A program made the translations under genes and the position numbers. The notes below the pieces were generated by a model, which worked only from the letters and a program-made list of their open reading frames with translations, was not told where the DNA came from and made no database searches. This document shows positions 36,639 to 50,212 of a stretch of 64,000 nucleotides of DNA, in pieces. Every line of letters begins with the position of its first letter. The first letter of the stretch is position 1. Source of the stretch: Octopus vulgaris (Eukaryota); the NCBI GenBank assembly GCA_951406725.2, contig OX597837.1:26102001-26166000 (forward strand), in the 5' to 3' direction.

Positions 36639-36869
36639 TTACATTTACCCTTAATTTTTTTTTTTTTCACTCATTTCGCGACCTTGATACTTATAGTTCC
36701 CAACATACCAATGATAACAACAACAGGTAGGGTATTTGTCGTCTTTAACGACATCCACTTTAAAACATCATGTCTCACCTGCTTCTCTTTGCATTCTGAT
36801 ACTAATCACCATAGCATGTAATGTCTGTGATTATACAGGTTTTTTTGTCCTCCATATTCACAACCACTA

Positions 36870-37230
36870 TCTAATTATTATTATTATTATTATTATTATT
36901 ATAATAATAATAATAATAATAATTATTATTATTATAATAATGATAATAATTATTATTATTATAATAATGATAATAATTATTATTATTATAATAATGATAA
37001 TAATTATTATTATTATCATCATCATCATCATTATAATAATTATGATAATAATTATTATTATTATTATTATAATTATTATCATTATTATCATCATAATTAT
37101 TATCATCATTATTTTTATTATTATCATTATTATTATCATAATTATTATCATTATTATTATCATCATTATTATCAGCATTATTATCATTATTATTATTATC
37201 ATTATTATTTTTATTATCATTATTATTATT
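36870..37230. repeat. (ATT/AAT/ATC)n tract
   Basis: Directly visible. Confidence 0.95.
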
Positions 37231-37563
37231 AAACTTATTGAATATTAAACTGTGGTTGACATTAAATTGTAGAAATAAAATCAAGAATCTCTTTTGCCAG
37301 TTTATTATTTCTAATAAAGGAACCATGGAGTGTGTGTGTATGTGTGTGTGTGTGTGTATGTGTGTGTTTCCAAGGCTACAGGAACGTTGTAGAACCACAA
37401 GATATATAGCTTTCATATGATTGGTTTAACCAGCTGACAATCTGGAAGTGAACTTCCACAGAATTCCTTTCAGAGAAATTCTCACATATTTTAAATTTTC
37501 CACCCACATATTACAATCATGAGCTCCTTCTCTCTCTTTCTTTCTGTCTGTATCTCTCTCCCT

Positions 37564-37629
<66 letters not shown>

Positions 37630-38851
37630 AAATGGCAATTTAAAGAATGTTTAAAATGAAAACTGAAATAACCAGTTTAATCTAAGAATAATAAGAATGA
37701 ATTAATTTGAAAATTAATTGAAAGAAAATTGTAATTACAATTCACTGAATGAGAATTGGATTTCTCAGATAAAAAAAAAATTTAATTCAAAAGTTAATTT
37801 GTTGGTGGTACATTGTAATTATTTATCTACCTCCAACTGGCCATTTCTATAATTACCTGTCAATTGGAAACCAACCCATCCAATACTTCTTAACCTCCAC
37901 CCACAGCTTTCCCTTTATTATAAACTAAAATCTTAAATTTTCCATCTTCAATAACTTTCCTAATCAGCTTTCTTCATTCTGTAGTGTCCCTTTATTGCCA
38001 AGATCCTTTATTATCAGGGTTGATATCCTTTGTATCTCACTGATATCCTTTGTATCTCACTGTTCTTCTCTACGTGATAAACCTTCAACTGATGAGTATT
38101 TCATCTGTCTATGAAACCCTATCCAGTTGATTATTTACATTGCTTCATGTTAAACCCCTAAATTCCTGCAGTGCTTCCCTTAATAACTCTCACAGTGGTA
38201 TTAGAAAGTAGACATGTAAACAAAATACACTTAGTCTAGTATAAAAACATCCTAACAATATAACCACTGGATGGATTTGGATGAAACTTGCTGATACAAT
38301 ACAATAGTTGTATTGTACCAGCAATTCTTTAGGGCTGCTGCTCCCTTCGGAACCCAGGCCACGTTTCTAGTGCCACCCCCTTCTGAATAAAGTTCAAAAC
38401 AACTTTCTGAATAAAGTTCAAAACAACTATTTTCGCAAATAAAACTGAACCTAATTAACCCATTATTTTGTTGTTTATACATCCACTGCCCCTCTTTCTT
38501 GGCCAACCCATTATCACCCCACTTCTCTTCAACACCCCTCTCCCTGGATCTCCCTTCCCCTAAATTTGCTGGCCTTGTACCAAAATTTGAAGTCATTATC
38601 ATCATCATTATCATTATTGAAATGGCATCCTGGCAGAATTATTAACATGTTCGACAACACACTTCAAACCATTTCTTCTGGTTCTTTATGTTCAAACCTC
38701 TAAAGCCAATTTTGCTTTTCCTCCATTCAGAATCAGTAAAATAAAGTACTGGTCAAGTACTGTGGTCAGTCTAATCAAATAGTACCCGCGTCCCTTAAAA
38801 AATCTGCTGGCCTTGCATTGAACGTTTGGAACCATTATTACTATAATTATT

Positions 38852-39878
38852 GATGGGGGAAAGAACATCACATGCCCTCAAAGTTGTTGTTTGTTCCTTC
38901 TCGAGCCATGCCTGGCTCATAAGGGCCGGTTTCCCGGTTTCCTTGGCGTATAGGTTCCCCACCTGGATGGGACGCCAGTCCGTCGCAGATGAGCTGCATG
39001 ATGCAGGAGGAAAGAGTGAGAGAAAATTGTGGCGAAAGAGTCAGCGAAAGTTCGCCTTTACCTTCTGCTGAAGCTGCGTGGTGTTTCGCTCATAAGCACA
39101 CACGTCGCCCAGTCTGAGATTCAAACCCGTGATCCCTCGACCATGAGTTCACTGCTCTAACCACTAGGCCATGTGCCTCCACATGCCATCAAAGTGACAT
39201 TGGGATACAAATACATGAAACCCAATGTACCCATTATGACTGCCAGTCTGATAAGAGTACACTAGGCACTCGCACCACAACCATATGTGCATGACATGGA
39301 GATCTCATATCAAGATAAACAGTGCATGACCTTGCAAGTGGGACCCAGTTAGAATTTTCCTCAGTCTGAGTAGCCTATCCTGCACAAAAGGCCCTTGAAT
39401 AAGGGTTGTCTAAGGGTGATGAACGAAACACCCATGTTTCCAGAGGTGAATTATTCAAGCCCCAAAGAATTCTTCTCAACAAATGGCTATGATGCTCTCC
39501 CACTATTTCTGCTCGTGATCAGAGATGTACACGTTGTCAGCAACCAAGGGTCATACTCAACTGGTTAAGATCAAGCAACTGACAATCAAATCTGTGGTAT
39601 TGAGCAGAATATTTGCTGAAGCCCATCTTTTTTATACCAAGACAAAACATGGTGGCGACCCCTTCTGAAAATTCGCCACAATTTTCTCTCACTCTTTCTT
39701 CTGTTGGCCTGCCTGCTTAGCTAGTGGGGTGGCCTCATTTGACGGCTAAAACAATGTGAAGCGCACTGTGACCAGTGATGTGTAGCAACATCTGATAGTC
39801 TGGTCGGTCACATGATAACATTTCCAATCAGTTAAGATCAGAAGCCATGAGAGCCACTGCTTGGTAGTACATCATGGC
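38852..39878 (-). mobile_element. Family F, full length, interrupted by SINE C1 and a C2 fragment (39651-39815)
   Basis: Colinear with 62090-62644 in reverse. Confidence 0.8.
38885..39180 (-). mobile_element. SINE C, tail type 1
   Basis: TSD cacatgcc(c/a)tcaaagt. Homologous to 16758-17063. Confidence 0.85.
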
Positions 39879-39998
39879 CATCCTTTCGGGGTCAATAAAG
39901 TACCAGTTTTGCACTGGAGTCAATGTAATCAACTTAATCCCTTTGTCTGTCCTTGTTTGTCCCCTCTATGTTTAGCCCCTTGTGGGCAATAAAGAAAT
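39879..39998 (+). mobile_element. SINE B, 5'-truncated
   Basis: catcctttcggggtc ... ttagccccttgtgggcaataaagaaata. Confidence 0.85.
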
Positions 39999-40281
39999 AT
40001 ATCTTTATTATTATTATTATTATTATTCCTTAATTTAAAAGATAATTTACATAGCTAAGTCAGTAGAAGATGAGGTGGAGGAATGGCAGTTGGAATCATT
40101 CCTTCTCGGTAAACCATTGCCAAAAATTAAACAAAGAATATTTGTAGACTAGTTTTGGCTTTAAATATAATTTTTAGTTATAAAAGTCAATGTTAAAGGA
40201 AAAAAAAAAAAAATTATTTTGAATATAAATTTCCTGAATTAAAAATTGTACTTCCCCATAAACCCTGTTGATGTGTTCTTG

Positions 40282-40682
40282 GTGATACTGTCAACATTTA
40301 TCATCATCCCCACCATGACCACCACCATCAACATCACCATGACTACCACCACCATCACCACCATGAACACAACCACCATCAGCAACACAGCCTCTACCAC
40401 CAACACCACCACCATCATCATTGTCGTCATCATCATCACCACTACTATCATCATCATCATCATCATCACCACTACTATCACCGTCGTCATCATCATCACC
40501 ACTACTATCATCGTCGTCATCATCATCACCACTACTATCATCATCATCATCACCACTACTATCATCATCATCACCACTACTATCATCATCACCACTACTA
40601 TCATCATCACCACCACTACTATCATCATCATCATCACCACTACTATCATCGTCGTCATCATCATCACCACTACTATCATCAT

Positions 40683-40723
<41 letters not shown>

Positions 40724-40742
40724 CCACCACCACCACCACAAT
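40282..40742. repeat. (CAT/CAC)n tract with accactact higher-order units
   Basis: Directly visible. Confidence 0.95.
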
Positions 40743-41121
40743 TATCATTCTCTTCCTTCCAACATATGCAACACATACTGAAAAATATATTTGTCTGTGA
40801 TCCATCCACATGTCTTAGACGAAGTAATTTGGCAAAATTCCAGCATTTATTGCAGACATGTAAACAGCCAACATTTCTGGGGCAGTAAACAATAAAAAGA
40901 TTTAGAACAGGTTTTTCTTTCTTTTTCTTTTCTTTTCTTTTTTTTTTTTTTTGCTTCGTTTATTCGCAATTTCATAATTTTCTTGTGATGAGAAAGAAAC
41001 AACGAATGCGAAAAATATATGAACCTAAAGCAAAATGAGTTCCATAAAATTTCATACTTTAATACACACACACACGTCCTGTGAGTGAATTTTGTAAATG
41101 GAAACTGTGTGGAAGCCCATA

Positions 41122-42231
41122 TTCTTTTACTCTTTTACTTGTTTCAGTCATTTGACTGTGGCCATGCTGGAGCACCGCCTTTAGTCGAGCAAATCAACCC
41201 CGGGACTTATTCTTTGTAAGCCCAGTACTTATTCTATCGGTCTCTTTTGCCGAACCGCTAAGTGACGGGGACGTAAAAACACACCAGCATCGGTTGTCAA
41301 GCAATGCTAGGGGGACAAATGCAGACACATAAATACACACACACATACATACATATATATATATATATATACGACATATATATATATATATATCTCTATA
41401 TAAACGGCAGTTTGTCTGTGCGTGTTTCTGTGTGTCTGTTTTCTCGTACCCTCACTCTGACCACGGCTTTCAACCGATTCTGATGAAACTTGACACACAC
41501 ATAGCCCAATGTCATAATTCAAAACTAACGCAGCGAAAATTTTGAAAAGTTCCCCCAGTTCTGAAAAAAATCGATAAATTCGACATGGGGTCGAGAATTA
41601 GAAACCCAAACCACAGACCGTCTAGGGGACGCAACTCTACCTTTTTTAACTCTCAAAAAAATTTACCATCATTTGTTTTCCATTTTTTTGCTATTTTTTG
41701 GCTATAACTCTCTAAAAATGCTTTATAGTTATTTCCCTTACAAACCTGAGCAACGCCGGGCGATACTGCTATCTCTCTCTATATAAACGGCAGTTTGTCT
41801 GTGCGTGTTTCTGTGTGTCTGTTTTCTCGTACCCTCACTCTGACCACGGCTTTCAACCGATTCTGATGAAACTTGACACACCCATAGCCCAATGTCATAA
41901 TTCAAAACTAACGCAGCGAAAATTTTGAAAAGTTCCCCCAGTTCTGAAAAAAATCGATAAATTCGACATGGGGTCGAGAATTAGAAACCCAAACCACAGA
42001 CCGTCTAGGGGACGCAACTCTACCTTTTTTAACTCTCAAAAAAAATTTACCATCATTTGTTTTCCATTTTTTTGCTATTTTTTGGCTATAACTCTCTAAA
42101 AATGCTTTATAGTTATTTCCCTTACAAACCTGAGCAACGCCGGGCGATACTGCTAGTATATATATATATATATATATATACGACATATATATATATATAT
42201 ACGATATATATATATATATATATATATATAC

Positions 42232-42298
<67 letters not shown>

Positions 42299-42460
42299 GA
42301 CAGGCTTCTTTCAGTTTCTGTCTACCAAATCCACTCGCAAGGCATTGGTCGGCCCGGGGCTATAGCAGAAGACACTTGCCCAAGATGCCACGCAGTGGGA
42401 CTGAACCCGGAACCATGTGGTTGGTTAGCAAGCTACTTACCACACAGCCACTCCTGCGCC
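41122..42460 (-). mobile_element. SINE A interrupted in its (TA)n by a Helitron dimer
   Basis: 3' half at 41122-41390, 5' half at 42296-42460. Confidence 0.9.
41393..42156 (+). mobile_element. Non-autonomous Helitron, head-to-tail dimer (~380-bp units)
   Basis: A|TC 5' end, subterminal hairpin cctgagcaacgccggg, CTAG|T 3' end, no TSD. The second unit starts at 41772. Confidence 0.85.
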
Positions 42461-42474
42461 CATAGTATATATAT

Positions 42475-42640
42475 CATCATCAACATTTAATGTCCCTTTT
42501 CCATGCTGGCATGGGTTGGACAGCTTGACAGGAAGTGGCAAGAACAGAGCCACACCAGGTTCCATAGTCTGTTTCAGCTTGGTTTCTATGGGTGGATGCC
42601 CTTCCTTGTGCCAACCACTCAAAAGAGGGCACCAGCACCC
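42475..42640 (-). mobile_element. RTE 3'UTR end (family D), old
   Basis: catcatc..ttccatgctggcatgggttggac..ggatgcccttcc. Confidence 0.7.
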
Positions 42641-42886
42641 ACACCAATGCACCACGTATCTCGGTCCTCTGTCATCTTTGTAAGATTCAGCATTTTGAGA
42701 TCGACCTTCAATACTTCTTCTCATGTTGTCCTGGGTTTTATATCTATCTATCTATCGATATATATATATATATATACTTTAAATCTCTGAGTGAGATATA
42801 GCCGGCTGAAGGAGAAGTCTTCCTAGGGCTATAAACGTCAGTAGCACTGTCCTTTATAGGACTGCACATTTGGTTGGCAATTAAAG

Positions 42887-42938
<52 letters not shown>

Positions 42939-42941
<3 letters not shown>

Positions 42942-43237
42942 GAGGCGCAATGGCCCAGTGGTTAGGGTAGCAGACTTGCAGTTGTAGGATTGTGGTTTCG
43001 ATTCCCAGACCAGGTGTTGTGAATGTTTATTGAGCGAAAACACCTAAAGCTCCACGAGGCTCTGGCAGAGGGTGGTGGTGATCCCTGCTGTACTCTTTTG
43101 CCACAACTTTCTCTCACTCTTTCTTCTGTTGGCCTGCTCGCTTAGCAAGCGGGGTGGCGTCATTTGAAGGCAAAAACAATGCAAAGCACATTGTGACCAG
43201 CGATGTGAAGCAACATTTGATAGCTTGGTTGGTCACA

Positions 43238-43242
<5 letters not shown>
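42939..43242 (+). mobile_element. SINE C, tail type 2
   Basis: Homologous to 22971-23274. Confidence 0.9.
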
Positions 43243-43288
<46 letters not shown>

Positions 43289-43312
43289 AAGGTGTTTATA
43301 TACCATTTAAAA

Positions 43313-43510
43313 ACACACAAATACCATTAGATTCACTTCAACATTTAAATTTAATTTGTCAAAATATTTTCGTTGCTTTGAAACTGCGACCCATTCCTGG
43401 CAAAATTCCATGCTGCATTGGTCAGTGAACAGGTCGTGGTTTCAAAGCGCCAAAAATATTTTGACAAATTGAATTTAAATGTTGAAGTGAATCTAACAGT
43501 CTTTGTGTGT
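43313..43510. repeat. Long hairpin (~90-bp arms, ~20-nt loop), possible inverted Penelope pLTR pair
   Basis: 43313-43401 is the reverse complement of 43421-43510. Confidence 0.8.
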
Positions 43511-43597
43511 ACGCTGCAGTTGTTTTTGTTTCAACACACGATCCCAGATCAAGTCACTTGCTATGCAAGTACATCTCCATATATATATATATATATA

Positions 43598-43746
43598 TCT
43601 GTATATATATAAGGCAGGATGTGTGTGTATGTACGTGATTGTAGTTTATGCACATCCACAAATTAGCACACATGTCACTCAAATTTTAGGAGGACATTCG
43701 TCATGACCCTAGCTTAATCCCGAGCAAAGCCGGGCTATACTGCTAG
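43598..43746 (+). mobile_element. Short non-autonomous Helitron
   Basis: A|TC start in (TA)n, cccgagcaaagccggg hairpin, CTAG|T end. Confidence 0.75.
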
Positions 43747-43764
43747 TATATATATATATATATG

Positions 43765-44110
43765 TATGGTTCCAAGTTCATTCCTATTGAATGGCACTTT
43801 CAGTATCTTCTACTATAGCCTCAGGCCAACCAAAGCCTTGTGAGTGAACTTGGAGGACAGAAACTGAAAGAAGCCTGCCGTGTATACATATATGTGTGTG
43901 TGTGTGTGTGTTTATTTGTCCCCCACCACTGCTTGACAACTGGTGTTGGTGTGTTTACATCCGCATGACTAAGTGGTTTGGCAAAAAGGACTGATAGAAT
44001 AAGTACCAAGCTTTAAAAAATAAGTACTGCATTCAATTCATTTAACTAAAAATTCTTCAAGGTAGTGCCCCAGCATGGCCACAGTCTTATGATTGAAACA
44101 AGTGAAAGAC
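43765..44110 (+). mobile_element. Old SINE A variant
   Basis: Diverged family A match. Confidence 0.75.
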
Positions 44111-44937
44111 AGAATATATTAGTAAAATATATGGCGGCGCCCCAGCATGGCCACAGCTCATGAGCTGAAACTGGAAAAATCAAAAATCAAAAAAAATAAA
44201 AAATATATTGGTAAAAGCAAATCGATCTCTGACCAGAATATGGTTCAGTCATTCTAATGCTCTGCCCATTACTGTGCTTCAACACCCAAGATAAACGAGT
44301 GAAGAATATTCTTTGCATCAATTACAAAATCTGGATGATATTCAAAAATGAATTCTGTCTATAAAAAAAGAATTATGAATTATTACAACTCTTAAATGTC
44401 TCTTGCCATTTTCCCCTTCTAAATGAGCTGAGTTATTGACTAGATGTTGCATTTTTCATAGGAGAAAGGGAAAAATCTTGCCAAAGATATTTTTTTATTC
44501 ATTCTCAGAGGAAAAGAAAGATTTCAAGGCAACTTTAGTGAATGTCGAAAGCGTTCTTTAAAAGCAGACAAAGGATAGTTTCAAGGTTGCTTTAAGCATG
44601 GATTACAAAACCGGGGATAAAGAGGTTTTGGAGAAAGAAGAACTGTGAAATACTGCCATAACACAACCATCTGGTTTGGCAGATGTCTTAGAACAAGATG
44701 TGAAACTATGTATCATGTAACCACAAATAGCACTGCTGGGTCATTGATACCCACAGCTCTCCTCCTCCTCCTCATCATCACCACCACCATCATCGCTTTA
44801 AGTCTATTTCCTCATATTGGTATAAGCTGGATGGATTTTCTGAGGCAGGGTTCTGTAGCCAGATGCCCTTCCTCATAAAAACTATTTTAGTTATCGCTTA
44901 TGACATGGGGTACCTGTTATAAAGCTAAGACAGTCTC

Positions 44938-44978
<41 letters not shown>

Positions 44979-45114
44979 ACGAGTGAGTGGACAAAAACAA
45001 AAAAAAGAAGCACTCAATACATTTAGTAGCAGTTCGTAGACTTCTTCCAGAAGCTTAGCTTGTTGGGCTTCTCGGCTAACTGAGTCCAGTGAGCTAGGTT
45101 TCCGTAAGATATTC

Positions 45115-45562
45115 ATCATCATCATCGTTTGGCGTCCGTTTTCCAGGCTAGCATGGGTTGGACGGTTCAACTGGGGTCTGGGAAGCCAGAAGGCTGCACA
45201 AGGCCCAGTCTGATCTGGCAATGTTTCTACGGCTGGATGCCCTTCCTAACGCCAACCACTCCATGAGTGTAGTGGGTGCTTTTGCGTGCCACCGTCACAG
45301 GGGCCAGGTGAGACTGGCAAGTGGCCACGATCGGATGGTGCTTTTCACGTGCCACCAGCACGGGGGCCGAGTGAAGCTGGCAACGACCACGATCAGATGA
45401 TGCTTTTTACGTGCCACCGGCATGAGGCCAGTCGGGGCGGCGCTGGCAACGGCCACGTTCAGATGGTTCTCTTACGTACCACTGGCACTGGTATCACAGC
45501 TACAATTTCCATTGATGTTGATTGATTTCGTTTTTCACTTGCCTCAACAGGTCTTCACAAGT
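45115..45562 (-). mobile_element. RTE LINE 3'UTR (family D) with ggcacgt-aaaagcacc-type subrepeats
   Basis: (CAT)n tail at 45115-45125, ggatgcccttcctaacgccaacc motif. Confidence 0.8.
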
Positions 45563-45614
45563 AGACATTATGGAACTTAAAATTGCATGGGACCAAATCA
45601 AACTGTTTTAAATG

Positions 45615-45656
<42 letters not shown>

Positions 45657-45659
<3 letters not shown>

Positions 45660-45750
45660 CCTGAAGACTAAAACAATACCTGTTGTCATAGGTGCCCTGG
45701 GAATGATAGCGAAAGGGGCTGATTGCTACCTAACTCAGATACCTAACTCA
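45657..45750 (+). mobile_element. R4/Dong RLE C-terminal fragment after (AAT)n
   Basis: NLKTKTIPVVIGALGMIAKGADCYLTQIP aligns with the TETIPIIVGALGMIKK region of 29432-30092. Confidence 0.7.
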
Positions 45751-47560
45751 GATAGATATGAATAGATACATAGAAAGAGATAGATAGATACGAATAGATA
45801 GATAGAAAGGGATAGATAGATATGAATAGATAGATAGAAAGGGATTGATAGATATGGATAGATAGATAGAAAGGGATTGATAGATATGGATAGATAGATA
45901 GAAAGGGATAGATAGATATGAATAGATAGATAGAAAGGGATAGATAGATATGAATAGATAGATAGAAAGGGATTGATAGATATGAATAGATAGATAGAAA
46001 GGGATAGATAGATATGAATAGATTGATAGAAAGGATAGATAGATATGAATAGATAGATAGAAAGGGATAGATAGATATGAATAGATAGATAGAAAGGGAT
46101 AGATAGATATGAATAGATAGATAGAAAGGGATAGATAGATATGAATAGATAGATAGAAAGGGATAGATAGATATGAATAGATAGATAGAAAGGGATTGAT
46201 AGATATGAATAGATAGATAGAAAGGGATAGATAGATATGAATAGATAGATAGAAAGGGATAGATAGATATGAATAGATAGATAGAAAGGGATTGATAGAT
46301 ATGAATAGATAGATAGAAAGGGATAGATAGATATGAATAGATTGATAGAAAGGGATAGATAGATATGAATAGATAGATAGAAAGGGATAGATAGATATGA
46401 ATAGATAGATAGAAAGGGATTGATAGATATGAATAGATAGATAGAAAGGGATAGATAGATATGAATAGATTGATAGAAAGGATAGATAGATATGAATAGA
46501 TAGATAGAAAGGGATAGATAGATATGAATAGATAGATAGAAAGGGATTGATAGATATGGATAGATAGATAGAAAGGGATTGATAGATATGGATAGATAGA
46601 TAGAAAGGGATAGATAGATATGAATAGATAGATAGAAAGGGATAGATAGATATGAATAGATAGATAGAAAGGGATTGATAGATATGAATAGATAGAAAGG
46701 GATAGATAGATATGAATAGATAGAAAGGGATAGATAGATATGAATAGATAGATAGAAAGGGATAGATAGATATGAATAGATAGATAGAAAGGGATAGATA
46801 GATATGAATAGATAGATAGAAAGGGATAGATAGATATGAATAGATAGATAGAAAGGGATAGATAGATATGAATAGATAGATAGAAAGGGATAGATAGATA
46901 TGAATAGATAGATAGAAAGGGATAGATAGATATGAATAGATAGATAGAAAGGGATAGATAGATATGAATAGATAGATAGAAAGGGATAGATAGATATGAA
47001 TAGATAGATAGAAAGGGATAGATAGATATGAATAGATAGATAGAAAGGGATAGATAGATATGAATAGATAGATAGAAAGGGATAGATAGATATGAATAGA
47101 TAGATAGAAAGGGATAGATAGATAGGGATAGATAGATATGAATAGATAGATAGAAAGGGATAGATAGATATGAATAGATAGATAGAAAGGGATAAATAGA
47201 TATGAATAGATAGATAGAAAGGGATAGATAGATATGAATAGATAGATAGATAGAAAGGGATAGATAGATATGAATAGATAGATAGAAAGGGATAGATAGA
47301 TATGAATAGATAGATAGATATGAATAGATAGATAGAAAGGGATTGATAGATATGGAGAGATAGATAGAAAGGGATAGATAGATAGAAAGGGATTGATAGA
47401 TATGAATAGATAGATAGAAAGGGATAGATAGATATGAATAGATAGATAGAAAGGGATAGATAGATATGAATAGATAGATAGAAAGGGATAGATAGATATG
47501 AATAGATAGATAGAAAGGGATTGATAGATATGAATAGACAGATAGAAAGGGATAGATAGA
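45750..47560. repeat. 32-bp GATA-derived satellite (ggatagatagatatgaatagatagatagaaag) x~56
   Basis: Period 32, consistent with the 32-aa periodicity in the three minus-strand ORFs. Confidence 0.95.
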
Positions 47561-47655
47561 TACGGATAGAGAGACAGGTAGATGGAGAAATAAAGACATA
47601 CATACATACATAGAGACAGATAGAAACAGTCATAGATAGATACACAGAGACAGAC

Positions 47656-47688
<33 letters not shown>

Positions 47689-48408
47689 CATGCAAAGGCA
47701 AAAAAGGGTTGAAGTAGATCTCATATGATCCCTTCCTACCCACTCCGCACCCCCAAAGCCAACAAAACCAACAAACAAATATGGTTCCATTAATAATACA
47801 GATACAGTTCTGCTAATGCTAAAGGAACAGCGCTACCGATATTAAAAGCTTAAATGGCGGCACAAAACCGCCTGAAGACATCTTCAAAAAAAAAAATAAT
47901 AATAATAATAATAATAATGAATAAAATAAATAATAAATAAAATAAAATAAATAAATAATAAAAAATAATCAAACCCAAGAAACTGGATGAGCAAATGGAT
48001 TGCATTTGGTATCATGTAATAGAGAAGAATTAACAGATGTTATTTTAAAATATCTGGGCTGATAGAATGAGAGAAGGACGGGGTGTATATAATTTTCTTT
48101 TTTTCTTTTTCAATGAGGAAACACTCAATTAATCAATCGTCCTCTCTCTCCTTCTCACTAAAAGTCTTCATGCATTACTAAAAGAAAGAAAGAAAAAAAA
48201 AATTTGAAGAAAATACTAAAAAAAAAAAAAAAATGAATTCGGTTGGCAATTTCTGGCAACTTTACAGATGTTGTGAAGAGATTTATGATGCAAGGTATTA
48301 AAAGTTGTGGCGAGACTGGAGCAAAGATGAGCTGATGATAAAGGGCCTCTATGTGGTCATTCAACCTGGTAAAAACAACAGCCAAGTCTCCTTTATATCA
48401 CACTAACT

Positions 48409-48535
48409 TTCATCCTTTCGGGGGTCGATAAATTAAGTAGCAGTTACGCACTGGGGTCGATGTAATCGACTTAATCCTTTGTTGGTCCTTGTTTGTCCCC
48501 TCTATGTTTAGCCCCTTGTGGGCAGTAAAGAAATA
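48409..48535 (+). mobile_element. SINE B, 5'-truncated
   Basis: 16-bp TSD tatatcacactaactt. Confidence 0.85.
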
Positions 48536-48613
48536 TATATCACACTAACTTGGCCACACAACTAATACAACTAAGTATAACCGTACAATTTTTAGTGTAA
48601 TACTACTAACTCT

Positions 48614-49110
48614 GTGGAGGTGCAATGGCCCAGTGGTTAGGGCAGCAGACTCACAGTCATAGGATTGCGGTTTTGATTCCCAGATCGGGCATTGTGAGTG
48701 TTTATTGAGCAAAAACACCTAAGGTTCCACGAGGCTCCGGCAGGGGGAGGTGGTGAACCCTGCTGTACTCTTTCACCACAACTTTCTCTCACTCTTTCTT
48801 CCTGTTTCTGTTGTACCTATATTTCAAAGGGCCGGCCTTGTCACTCTCTGTGTCACGCTGAATATCCCCGAGAACTACGTTAAGGGTACACGTGTCTGTG
48901 GAGTGCTCAGCCACTTGCATGTTAATAAATGAGCTGCGATGTCACTGGTGCCAAGCTGTATCGGCCTTTGCCTTTCCCTTGGCGTGGAGAGGGTAAGGTG
49001 GTATGCACAGGCAACTACTGGTCTTCCATAGACAACCTTTCCCAGACTTGTGCCTCAGAGAGTAACTTTCTAGGTGCAATCCCATGGTCATTCATGACCA
49101 AAGGGGGTCA
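48614..49110 (+). mobile_element. Chimeric SINE: C3 5' part joined to the E 3' part
   Basis: Switches at about 48926 from C3 cacttgcatgttaat to E aaatgagctgcgatgtcac. Confidence 0.8.
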
Positions 49111-49149
49111 CAACACACCACTAACTCTAACACACAACTTTCACTACAA

Positions 49150-50212
49150 TACTGGTTTGATACTTTGGTACAAAGCCTGCAATTTTTTTTGGGGGGGCGG
49201 GGTAAGTCGACTGGTACTTACTTTATCAACCCCGCAAAAGAATTTAAGGCGAAGTTGTATTTGAACTCAGAATGCAAAGACAGATGAAATGTCGCAATGC
49301 ATTTTGCCTGGCGCAGTAATGATTCTGCCAGCACACCACCTAACCTTCTCTATAATATTGGTTTAAAATTTTTGGTACCAGGCCAACAATTTTGGGGAAG
49401 GGGGGAGGGTTAAGTCAATTATGTTGACCCCATTGCTCAGCTGCTACCTATTTTATTGAGTCCCAACAGGATAAAAGACAAAGCTGACCTCGGAGGAATT
49501 TGAACTCAGAAATGTAAACACAGGCGAAACGCCACCAAGCATTTTGCTCAACACACTAACGATTCTGCCAGGTTACTGCCCTAGCCTTCACCACAATATT
49601 GGTTGCAGATTTTGGCACAAGACCAACAATTTTGGAGAGGTGCGTAACTCAATTACATCGACCCCATTGTTCAACTGGTACATATTTTATTGATTCTGAA
49701 AGGATGAAAGGCAGAGTAGACCTTACTCTTTTACTTGTTTCAGTCATTTGACTGCGGCCATGCTGGAGCACCGCCTTTAGTCGAGCAAATCGACCCCGGG
49801 ACTTATTCTTTGTAAGCCCAGTACTTATTCTATCGGTCTCTTTTGCCGAACCGCTAAGTGACGGGGACGTAAACACACCAGCATCGGTTGTCAAGCAATG
49901 CTAGGGGGACAAACACAGACACACAAACACACACATATATATATATATACATATATATGACAGGCTTCTTTCAGTTTCCGTCTACCAAATCCACTCACAA
50001 GGCATTGGTCGGCCTGGGGCTATAGCAGAAGACACTTGCCCAAGAGGCCACGCAGTGGGACTGAACCCGGAACCATGTGGTTGGTTAGCGAGCTACTTAC
50101 CACACAGCCACTCCTGCGCCTTAGTAGAATTTGAACTCAGAACCTAAAGATGGACAAAATGCTGCTTAGCATTTTGCCCGGTATGCTAATGGTTCTGCCA
50201 GCTCATTGCCCT
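49150..50212 (-). mobile_element. Three tandem old SINE B2 copies, the third split by SINE A (49724-50120)
   Basis: Units at about 49150-49340, 49357-49580 and 49597-49722 plus 50122-50212. Confidence 0.75.
49724..50120 (-). mobile_element. SINE A, full length, little diverged
   Basis: Family consensus match. Confidence 0.9.

Noticed and set aside
42780-42885. CTGAAGG...AAACGTC hammerhead-like words
   Set aside because: Core is mutated and stems do not pair
45735-47790. Three 620-680-aa minus-strand ORFs
   Set aside because: Stop-free translations of the 32-bp satellite, open in all three frames
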